Source: Lama guanicoe (taxonomy: Eukaryota). From it: a stretch of 64,000 nt of DNA. Below the pieces are notes generated by a model. The model had not been told where the DNA came from, searched no databases, and saw only the letters and a list, made by a program, of their open reading frames with translations. Positions 53,712 to 64,000 of this stretch are shown one piece after another. The translations under genes and the position numbers were made by a program. Location: positions 1,321,058-1,385,057 of the forward strand of contig MU053487.1 in NCBI GenBank assembly GCA_013239625.1. The letters are read 5' to 3'. Every line of letters starts with the position of its first letter. Positions within the stretch are counted from its first letter, which is position 1.

Positions 53712-54886
53712 AAGGTAACTATTTTTAAAGCAATATAATAGTAGTAATAACAATAATAACAGTACCAAGTGATTATTGCATATGGGTGTGTGAAATGAAT
53801 GACCACAATATCACAAGTAATGGGAGGAAGGAACTGGAAATAATCTTTCACAAGGTACTTCTATTATAGGTGGAGTTGTATAGTGCGATTTGAATTAGAC
53901 TTGGATAATTTAAATAAATGTACATTGTAAACTCTAGAGCAACTGCTAAATTTTTTAAGACAAGTATAACGATGCAGGAATCAATTCTCTAAGAAGACAC
54001 GGAATCCTTCATGTATATAAACCTAACAACATCAAAATACATGAGGCAAAACTGGTAGAACTGAAAGGAGGAGCAGACAAATCCACTATCAGAGTTGGAG
54101 TCTTCCACATTCCTCTTTCAGTAATTGATAGATCAAGAAGGCAGAAAATCAGTAAGGATACAGGTGACTTGAACAGCACTATCCATCACCTTGACCTAAT
54201 TGACATTTATAGGCTACCCCTACCAACAGCAGCAGAACACACATTCTTCTTAAGCTAGCATGGGATGGTCACCAAAATAGAACACATTCTGGGCCATAAA
54301 ATACACTTAAACAAATTTAAAATAATCAAAATCATACAAAATGTATTTTCAGACCACAATGGAATTGAACTAGAAATCAAGAATTAAAATAGCTAAAACC
54401 CTCCTCCCCACATATTTAGAAATGAAACAACACATTTCTGAATAAAACATGAGTCTAAGAAGAATTCTCAAGACAAACCAAAAAATATTTTGAACTAAAT
54501 GAAAATGAATGTACAAGTTACAGAGTATATATTTGTTATCTGCCAGAGGGCCAGTCTAGTTAGAGCTTACTTGGTCCTTAAATTTTAACATTGCTTCATA
54601 GAAATATTCTCTGACTTGGTTTTTAAGACAAACTGTGTTGTCTGACATTTATTTGGTAAATTTAATTTTTTCATGTATATCAAGATTACTGATATATTTG
54701 TTCTTTTGGATTTTAATTGATCAATTTTTCTCTACTACTTTCATTTTCCACTTATGGCCTTCCTGGATTTATCAAATTTTCATTATTTTCTCATATTTCT
54801 TATTTTTTTGGAGTGCTCCTAATAGTTAATATGATACGATATATGTGTCTGTGTGTCTAATGTAACTTAAATACAAATTAACTTTA

Positions 54887-55238
54887 TAGATCCATAATTA
54901 ATGTATTGAAGTCCCTTGGTGCTGGATGTCTTTCTGATTCAGCGTTTCTCATATTTTAGAAAGGCGATGTAGCACATAGCACCTATTACGTGTCATGTAA
55001 CACCAGAAGGACCATCTGGCGCAGCATCTCAGAATGACTGTACCATCACCGTGTCTGCACTGACCATGTGGCTGTTGATACTAAGTAGGGCAATAAGGAC
55101 TCTACATATCCTCACACGTTTGTTCAGTTCACTTTTTGCTGCCAAATTAATTTTACTTCAAATTGAGGGGAAAGATTTTTTAAATAACTGTCATCTTTTT
55201 TCATATTTCACAATATCAAATTAAAGGTTATAGATCCG
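54887..55238 (+). mobile_element. MER46C (Tigger-family MITE)
   Basis: Colinear with the recalled MER46C consensus: 'cccttggtgctggatgtc...attttagaaagg...actaagtaggg...ttttgctgccaaat'. Confidence 0.75.
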
Positions 55239-57429
55239 AATTCTTTTGCAGTACATGGACCAAAAAAAAAAAAAAAAAGACAACAAAAAACCCAGACCAA
55301 TACGAAAGCACTTTGATTTGAATGTCCCAAATCTATCTTCTATGTTACCCTTTACTAATATTTTAGTTTTATATTGAATTCAAATTCCCCAATGTAATAA
55401 TTACTATTTTACAACATTTTGTTTAGATTTCGCAAGTGTTGCCTATTGTTTGTTTACCATTATTTCTTGCACCCCATTCCCTTCTTCTGTAATCTCCGGT
55501 CGTTCTGAGGAAAATATCTTAGTATTTCTTCAGTTAGTCTGTGACTAATAAGCACCTCTAGTCTTTGTAAGTCTAAACGTGCTTTCTTTTTCACCTTTAT
55601 TCTTGAATGACAGTTTAGTGCTGCCTAGACTTCTAGGTTTACACCTTCTCCAAATGCCTTAAAGACAAGTGTTATATTAGGTTTCCATTTTAGTTGATGA
55701 AATGTCTTTTGAGTCATGATCTTTGTTTTATAGAAGTTTGGGGATTTTTTTCTGATAAATTTAAAAATATTCTTCACCCTTGGAGCTCATTTGTATTTTC
55801 AATTTGAAAGGCTATACTTTTTATGTCTGAATTTTCTGTTTGGTACTTCTTAGGATGTGCCTCTATGTTTCTGTTCTTGCTTTTAAACATCTTTTTCTTT
55901 TTTCTGTTGATCATCTGAGAAAGCCTTTCTCAGATTGTGTTATTTCAAGAGCTTACACTACTAATCCCTTGTGTTTTAAAGGGTTTGTCGACCTCTTTGG
56001 GTATTACTGGGTGCATCAGTCCAGCCTCTGCTTCCCTGCTGCTATCCCTGAATTGATTCGGCACATCGGAGCGCACGTTTGCTGGTATGACTTCCATGAT
56101 CAGTGACGTCCAGCATCAGCACCATTCCCCTTCCACCTTCACCATCACTGCAGACATAGAGGCCCCAGCGGCAGCCCCCTCTGACAGTGTCAAACATGGA
56201 ATCAGTTATAAGCAGATCAGTGAATACTTTCCAATTTTACATTATCATCAATGTTATTACAAATGAACACAGAAATGCTTTCCCCTCACTGAGTCGTTTT
56301 CTTTTATATGGAAACCATAACAGAGTGTTTGTACCTCACGACATTAGAACATTTGATGAATTATATTTAGAGTTTCACAGAGAGACAATTTTTCCCTCCA
56401 AGAAACACATACGGGATTTCTTAACAGTTCTTAGGTCATGAAGCTTTCAAGTAATATGTTCTATACTCAATCCAGGGCTACTGTTCGCCTTTGAAATTTT
56501 CACTCTGTTACTGAATTTGTCCTCATTCTCAGGGGCTGTGGAGAACTCATTACAAATGATCATTTGTGCCCCCACCACCCAAAGCCCTCAAAACCTCTAG
56601 TCAAAAGATGTGCTTGTTTGTTGCAGAGCAATTTTTCAAATAAATGAAATTCTTTTCTCAGAAACCTCTTAGACCTCTGGGTATTGAAATGCAAATAAGG
56701 GTTACTTTAGCAAGTTTCTTCAGGTCAGGAATATTCAGATATGTCTCTGAAATCCCTCTACATGTGAGCAAAAGACATTTTCTCTCCTAGATTTGCTTAA
56801 AATCTTGTAATGAAGAACGATGGAGGAATTGAGTGTTGCAGCACAATGTAAGTGCTATCATAAAGTGCAGATAAACATTACCTCCAGCCAGACATTCTGA
56901 GTGCAGAGGTTCACTCCCTCGCAGGACATGTCTCAGTGGGGCTTCATTTTATATTTGCATTTTGTTTTGCTTAGTAGCCACCTCAAATGACAGACTCATT
57001 AAGCTAAAAATTCAAAATAATTCACCTGTGAAAATGTTTCACTACTGCTCTATTATGTACCCATAGTCATTTTCAGGGAGGTGGGGAGGTAGTAAAAGAA
57101 AAATAAAAAGTTACAATGGAAAATTGTAACAAGATTTATGCTATCCTGGTTCAACTGTGAATGTAGTTTCACACATTTTTTTCTGGCTTTTATTAGGCTT
57201 AGTAGTGGAACTTATAAAGTAGAATGAGTAACGTAACTTTCTGTTACTACATAGAGCTGTGTTACAAATTGTCATTTAATTCAGACAGGCATTATAACCA
57301 AAAGCAAAAATAAAGGTATCTAATTTTTTGATGAATAAAAAGTCCTATGAAAGACAGGAGTGTGAAGTATGAATAAGTTGCAAGTCTGGATATTCCAGTA
57401 GAGGACTGAGGAAAGAAGAAAATCTGATA

Positions 57430-57960
57430 ACTAGCATTCATTAATTCATTCACTTATTCAAGAAATATTTATTAAGTGTCTGTGTGGACCAGCTCCTGTT
57501 CTAGATGCTGGTGAAGCAGCAGAGAGCAAAACTGGTAAGAATCTATGTTCTTCTGGGACTTAGGTTCTAATGTGAGAGAAAATAATGAAACATTAACCAG
57601 AAAACATGTAGGTTATGAACGTGGTCAGTGCGATGGAGAAAGTTGAAGGAAGGAAGTGGGAGTGTCACCAGGCCATGAGTCTACCTGGGGCACTCAGGGC
57701 CATTCCTCTCTGAGCAGGTGCTGTTCTGAGTTAAAATCCAGTGGAGGTGAGGGATGCAAACCATAGGTCTATCAGGAGGGAGAACATTCCAGGGGAAGGA
57801 ACAGTAAGTAAGGGCGGGAACTTGCTTCTACTGTTGACAGATGGCATGGAGATTACTGTGGCCTTAGGGGAGTGAATGAAGGAAGGCAGTGAAATGCAAA
57901 TAGAAAACTCAGGAGGTGTTGTTTTTTTTTTCTCAATATGATGGAGTCATTTCTAATGTG
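57430..57960 (-). mobile_element. L2 3' fragment
   Basis: 'cattcattaattcattcacttattcaagaaatatttattaagtg...ctgttctagatgctgg'. Confidence 0.8.
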
Positions 57961-58578
57961 AACCTATTGCCTTAGCATAAATGTTTCTGATTGAAGGGAC
58001 TGAAGTGCAGATTCTACCTTACCCCGGAAGCTAGCCTCGTCTCAACTGACCAGTCCAATTTCTCCTTGTTACCTTCACAACACTCTGTGCTCTAATCTGA
58101 CGGAATTCTTGCTGTCCCCTAAACTGTCCATGTTCTTTCTGGCCTTCAGTCCTTTCACAAAGAACTTCCTTTGCTTAGAAGGTTTTCCTCCTCTCCCTCA
58201 CTTTAGCCCAAATAATAGTCTTTCTTAAGAGCTTAAATAAATACAGAGTCTCCTTTGGCTCTTCTTTCCCCCTAGAATTGGTTAGGCTTGCCTCTGTGTG
58301 CCTCTATGTTACACTGTGGTTAACCCTTTTATCACTTCAGTCACACTGTATGTTAAATGCTGGTCTGCTTATACATGTGTGCGTGTGTGTGTGTGTGTCT
58401 TTTCCTATATGCACCCTAATTCTTGGCACAAATATTTATGAATAAACAAAAAATTCACATTGCCTTAAAAAGCATGAGTATGATTTTTTCACCTAAAAAA
58501 ATATCACAATAAACTCCTTTCGTAATGAAGCTGTCCACTCTGAACTTGGGAGCATTATCATATTTAAAAAATGACATC

Positions 58579-58720
58579 GGAGGAGGAGGGTATACTTCAG
58601 TGATAGAGTGTGTGCTTAGCAGGCACAAGGTCCTGGGTTCAATCCCCATTAACTCCACTAAAAATAATAATAAAATAAATCTAACTACCCCTCCCCCCAA
58701 AAAATTAAAAATAAATTTTA
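58579..58720 (+). mobile_element. Camelid Vic-1-type SINE
   Basis: 'ggagggtatacttcagtgatagagtg...ggtcctgggttcaatcccc' (A and B boxes); flanking direct repeat aaaatgac. Confidence 0.9.
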
Positions 58721-59605
58721 AAATGACTTGGAGTTTACTTCTTTAGCATTAGAAAAAGAAAACACACAAATCTAACTACTGAGAAGAATATTCTGAGAAA
58801 GCAATGAAAGCAAAGCAAAGTAGGTTTGCTGCTTGACTTGTGTATCTCAGAGTGAAGAATTCCACTTGAGAAGGAGATGCCTCTAATATGATGGCAGTAT
58901 TTCTTATGTATTCAAAATATGTCCTGCATCTTACTGAATGCTTACACTTCCAAATTGCCGACACTGTTCTTTGTTGGAAGTACTTGAGTTTTTAAATTAC
59001 ATAGATAAGTATCCTCAAAAACGTGGCATAAGGAGGAAGAAAGTAGCTCCGATACTCTAATATTTTCATTCCTAAATTAAAATGTTTCATGTAAAACATA
59101 CTCTTTTATAGTGGCTGTTGCTTTTTCTTATTTCAGCATTTTTGGGTATAGCTATATAGTCTTGCTGGTTAATGCTATAAAATGGTATTCTAAGAATCAC
59201 AGCCGGAGGGCTTCTGTTGGTTAAATCTATTTCATGCTTTCACTTTCTTCCCTATCTTGTTATTTTGGGCAAAGGTGAAATCCAAACTAGGACCCCTGGA
59301 ATTAATAATGTTTGCATGTCCATAAATAATTTATGCTGGAACATGTTGACTGCTCACTGAAATATTGCATAGCATTAGCAAAAATATACTGCCTGGGCCA
59401 AACATATGACTGGTATGAATAAATAGCTCAACGTAATGCATGAATAAAAAGTATACACATATATATTTTTACTGACAGTGATCAAATAGGGATGGTTTAA
59501 TATGATTCACTTTACATATGTATGTAATATATATGAACATTTATGTAATTTAAATATATGTTTGATTTTGGTTTTGGTTTTATTTTTTTAGGGTGTAAAA
59601 TACAT

Positions 59606-60103
59606 TTTATTTTATTTTATTTAAACTTTTTTTATTGAGTTATAGTCATTTTACAATGTTGTGTCAAATTCCAGTGTATGGCACAATTTTTCAGTTATAC
59701 ATGAACATACATACATTCATTGTCACATTCTCTTTCGCTGTGAGCCACCACAAGATCCTGTATATATTTCCCTGTGCTACACAGTGCAATCTTGTTTATC
59801 TATTCTACATTTTGAAATCCCAATCTGTCCCTTCCCACCCTCTGGCAACCACAAGTTTGTATTCTATGAGTCTGTTTTTGTTTCATATTTATGTTTTTTT
59901 TTAATTAGATTCCATATATGAGCGATCTCATATGGTATTTTTCTTTCTCTTTCTGGCTTACTTCACTTAGAATGACATTCTCCAGGAACATCCATGTTGC
60001 TCCAAATGGCATGTTGTTGGTTTTTATGGCTGAGTAGTATTCCATTATATAAATATACCACAGCTTCTTTATCCAGTTATCTGTTGATGGACATTTAGGC
60101 TGT
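59606..60103 (-). mobile_element. Young camelid L1 3' end
   Basis: 'gtcattttacaatgttgtgtcaaattccagtg...gagcgatctcatatggtatttttctttctctttctggcttacttcacttagaatgac', shared with the copies at 13363 and 47534. Confidence 0.92.
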
Positions 60104-60769
60104 GTAATTTCTCTTGCTTGCTTGCTTTTCTCCTTGCTTGTTTTTGTTTTTTTGCTTTTGTATTTTTCCCTCTGTGAAAGTACTGAGTGACCAAATTCAG
60201 TTTGAACTTAGAACCCTGGATTCCTTTCTACTCTGTTCTAGTTGAGCTAGTAGTAGTATTTTCAATAACTTATATGAAATGTTATTCCAGTTTCTTTCAG
60301 TTTAACTTCTGGAGAAAATCATGAGGGCAGTGAATAGTTTCCTAATACCAGGTCTGAAAACAGCAGGGTACATTTAAGTCTGTCATGTGGATAAATATTC
60401 CTAAAGTCATCTCTAGACAATGAACCTCCAGAATCCCTATGTGATCTTGTAGCTATCACCCAAGATTTTCCTGATACTACTTGCAATGCTTAAAGGATCT
60501 CTTTTCAAAACATTCAAAACATTGTGGAATAGATGGAAATGTTCCTAACACATCTATGTTGCTCACCTATGGCAAAATAATAGCAAAGGAATCCAGCTGG
60601 GCAGTTTGTGGTGTCTTTGTGTGGATCTTTGCATACTAAACATTGAGTCTGTTCAGCAAATATTGCCCAAGGTCAAAAGAACTATCCTAAGAATTATTCA
60701 TGGTCAGTGCAGCCAGCGGCACACCACAGATCTAAGAGCTGGGTGCAAGTAGGTGTCTTCACATGCCCT

Positions 60770-61045
60770 TCACATATGTATGTCAGAGTTCATTTTCAAC
60801 CTATATGATTCCATTTATACAATGTTCAAAACCAGGCAAAAATAATCTAAGGTGATAACATTCACGATAGTAATAACCCTTGAGGTGTGCCTATAGTGGG
60901 GGTGGGGCTCTGAGGAAGCCTTTGTGGATACTGGAACCGATCTGCATCTTGATTTTGATGGCAGTGATGTGGACGACCTTGACGTCCTGTGAAAAACGCA
61001 TCAACCTGTATAGACTTCAGATGGGTGCATCTTGCTGTCTCATGC
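60770..61045 (+). mobile_element. Old L1ME/MC 3' end fragment
   Basis: 'tatgattccatttatacaatgttcaaaaccaggcaaaa...gatagtaataaccctt'. Confidence 0.65.
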
Positions 61046-63596
61046 TCAGCCTGTAACCACATCAACCTGTTTTGGAACCCACCACTCCCTTTTGTTTGCT
61101 AGGAATAGAAAGAGAGCTCTGGATGGCAAAACAGGTTGACGTGGTTATAGGCTGAGCATGGTCAGGTCTATAATCTGAAGATAGAATGGAGGCTAATGGA
61201 ACCAGCTTATGGTGGGTCAGGAGGCACCCGAAAATAAGAAGCAGAGGAGGGAGAAAATGTAAATGAGCAACGGGAGAGCAGGAACCAGATTTCAAGCTAA
61301 GGAGCAGCAATAGAGAACAGACAAAAGGGAGAAGGCTCAGGAGGTTTACCCTCACAGAGAAAGAGGGAGATACATACATAGTAACTGAAGGCAGGAGGGC
61401 AAGTTCCAAGAAGGTGGAGTCAAGTTAAACACAAGATCTCCTTCTTGAGTAGAAAGGGGCTATAATGTCCCCTGTTTTACTTCTACCATGTCGACATTCT
61501 GAAGTTTAAAGGAAAGCACTCCCACATATGCCTGCAGGGTGTACCACTAGATAAATACATTATGAGCATTCGAATGCGCCAGGTCGAGTAATCGTCATAG
61601 TATCATCAAGAGGTTAGCACTTCCCTCAAAACTTTCTCAGTTTCATAACCCAAGTTACCCCAGTCAGTCAGTCAGGATAGAAGATAGAAGGTAAGGTATT
61701 AAGGAGGGACCTGCAAGCAACCAAGCTGTTGCTGGAAATATAACTGTGGCGAGCACCTCAAGAAACACAAGGTTTACTTAGATAGCCAGTTCAAGTGCTA
61801 TGCCTTCATCAGTACTGAGTTTCTTCATTAAATACTGAGCATGATGAAAAGAATAAACTCCCATTCCTTATGTAAGAAGTGACTATATATGTGAAATGGC
61901 ATGGAAAAGTCCATGCTTAAAATGCAAAGTAGCTTTACAACTGCTACCCAAGTAGTTGTTAATGACATCCATCCATCTTGCTCTCGAAAGTGTCTTGTCT
62001 TGTGTGATAAACTGTATGGTCATCCTGCCTACCCGGTGGGTCACCCTACCTATGCTGCTCACGTGTACATGTACATTGTTCTAATGACTATCCTATGGTA
62101 TTACAGTGTATTGCTTTTCTCTCTCCCTATCAGTGGCAATTTCTTTTTTGTAATTTGCCATGTTTTCAGTGAGTATTCACTGAGTGACTATATGACTCAT
62201 TGATAAAAATAGCTGATTTCTATACGTTGGTAAAGTGAAAAGTGAACATGGCCAACCAATATGGGAGAAGGATTGCCTTGACACATCAGGAAGCTGGGTG
62301 GGGAGAGCTTAGTCCAGAGGTGCAAACACAAGTGACCACCATAGGCATCCAGAAGAAGCATTCATTAGCTAAATGCATTCTAACCCAGGAAATTAAATAT
62401 CTCTTAGACACTCCAGGTTATGCTCAGTAAAATTAATGATCCATCGATAGCCATTCATCTATCTGTTTTCAAAAATAGATAATTATACCATCAAGTTCAG
62501 GTCAAGTAGCTTGTTAAGTAGAGTTTATCTGGGGTGGAAGTGTGGAAGAACGGGAAAACCATCCATCACTTGAAGCTATATTAAGAAAGTTAAGCTCTGG
62601 CTGCAGGTGTGTGCTTCATCAGCACGATTGCATACTTTTCTTAACATTTTTAGCTTCAAAGACTCTTAATGGAAACCCAATATGTGTTTATTGCTGACAC
62701 CTGTTAAAAATCTTGCTTATACAGTGCATGGATCTCTCTCCAAAGCCAATAGTCCTACATTGTTTGTTTCCTAATTAGCACAGACAGTATATGAAAAATG
62801 CAAGAGACATCTGCTAGGTGAAGAGGCCTATCAGTTTTAATTGATTTTTTTATTGTCCTGAACGGTCCAGAGGTACTGATGGTTTTGACTTGTCTTGTAG
62901 ATTCCTTTAATGAGCACATTTTCCTGGTGCATTTAACATAACAGTAATTTAGAGGGTTTTTTTTTTTTAACAACTTCTAGGTTCATCTTACATAGTAAAT
63001 GGTGGCAGAATTGAATAGTAGCAATCATACTCTTTTCTGCAGTAACCTAGAGTTTGAAATTAAGTCAAGCGATGTCATTAGTGTCCTGATATCAGAAGTG
63101 TATAAGCTACGTAATATAGAAAACTGGTTACCAAATGCTCAATTGACTCTGAAGACCTTTATGCAAATATAGCACAATGGACACAGGCAGGATCCCTGGA
63201 TAACTTCACAACTCCTCCCAGGTGTTTAGCCAGGCCAAGATTCCAACTGATATTATAAACTGGTTTTCCATACAGGGCACCACTTAATTATCCCACAGGC
63301 CTAAGCCCCTAGAGGTTTCTTTGGATTTTTTTTCTCCTTTTGCAAGTTACCTTGAGTAGTCATTTAGAAACTTTATCTTTTCCACTTATGGACAGAAAAC
63401 TACCTTTTTTGGTCTGCATATACTACATAGAGAAGTTATAATTATTGGTCAAGTTCTGGCAATTTTGGAATGTTCTATGCACAAGTTATTGTTTGACTTT
63501 CTGGACTGGTTGCTACAGACAATAGTTTGACTTGCTGAATTGGTAACTGCAGACAGTAGGTTGGATTTCTGGGTTTAAGAGTTTAAAGAAGGGGGT

Positions 63597-64000
63597 CGTA
63601 ACATTTGATAATTCTGTGCTGGTTTATTTACCTGTTATTTTTCATCCCCATACCCAACTCTATAGCCCACTCTTTTCTGCTGGGACTAGAAGCTCTCAAG
63701 CTATATGTTCCTTATTTCCTTGCCTGCTGATTTCATGTGAGTTTCTTTCAATAGGAAGCTTGCATGAGAGATCAGAATATAGGAGGTAAAATAATGAACA
63801 ACAACAAAAAAACAGCTTCCTGCTCTTGGCATCAGTCGGATAGCAGTTACTTGTAATCACAGGGACAGCATAGACAAAGATTGTTCCTGGACTCTAGCAG
63901 CCTGAGAAGAGGTGATACTTTTCTGGAAGGTTTTTTTTAAAAAAGGCATCTTCAGTTCCACAGCAGCAGGTGAAGACTTTTAGACTTGCAGAGGTATCAG
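63597..64000. mobile_element. Probable LTR33-family (ERVL) LTR, running off the window end
   Basis: 'gggactagaagctctcaagctatatgttccttatttccttgcc...caataggaagc...gagagatcagaa' resembles LTR33. Confidence 0.45.

Larger units (their letters stand above)
51180..54525 (+). mobile_element. Old L1 (L1MC/MD-like): 5' region, ORF1 and start of ORF2, interrupted at ~51760-52780 by minus-strand L1 sequence
   Basis: ORF1 motifs 'aagaatgcctttgatgggctcatcag', 'gaaaactttccaaaatt'; ORF2 endonuclease motifs 'gacctaattgacatttatag', 'tcagaccacaatggaattgaactagaaatcaa'. Confidence 0.8.

Noticed and set aside
58579..58660. tRNA gene (also near 10240, 22650 and 35800)
   Set aside because: The A/B boxes are the tRNA-derived heads of camelid SINEs, followed by SINE body and A-rich tail.
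1..64000. CRISPR arrays, rRNA, NUMT or prokaryotic operons
   Set aside because: No regularly spaced repeat-spacer units, rRNA motifs or mitochondrial-like coding sequence recognised; the composition is mammalian nuclear.

Overview
AT-rich, repeat-dense mammalian nuclear DNA, very probably from a camelid (alpaca/llama/camel). Four tRNA-derived Vic-1-type SINEs and three copies of a young camelid-type L1 3' end support that assignment. I can support no intact protein-coding exon, so the window looks intergenic or deep-intronic. Much of it is transposable-element debris: L1, L2, MIR, MLT1/MLT2/ERVL, LTR16/LTR33, an ERV1 solo LTR, a probable MamGyp LTR, and hAT/Tigger MITEs. The only ORFs with a recognisable product are pieces of a disrupted L1 ORF2 (about 22.0-25.9 kb, minus strand). 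Notable small-scale structure: (1) a 35-nt tailless U2 snRNA retropseudogene with a 16-bp TSD; (2) an old ~110-bp locally templated insertion inside an ERVL internal region; (3) a perfect 25-bp palindrome made of two p53-family half-sites; (4) a GAS motif in an ERV1 solo LTR; (5) an RFX X-box; (6) a nested TE stack. A non-repeat stop-free frame at about 16.0-16.46 kb shows weak, by-eye, statistically unproven similarity to filovirus VP40. Repeat family names come from recalled consensus motifs and boundaries are approximate unless a TSD is cited.
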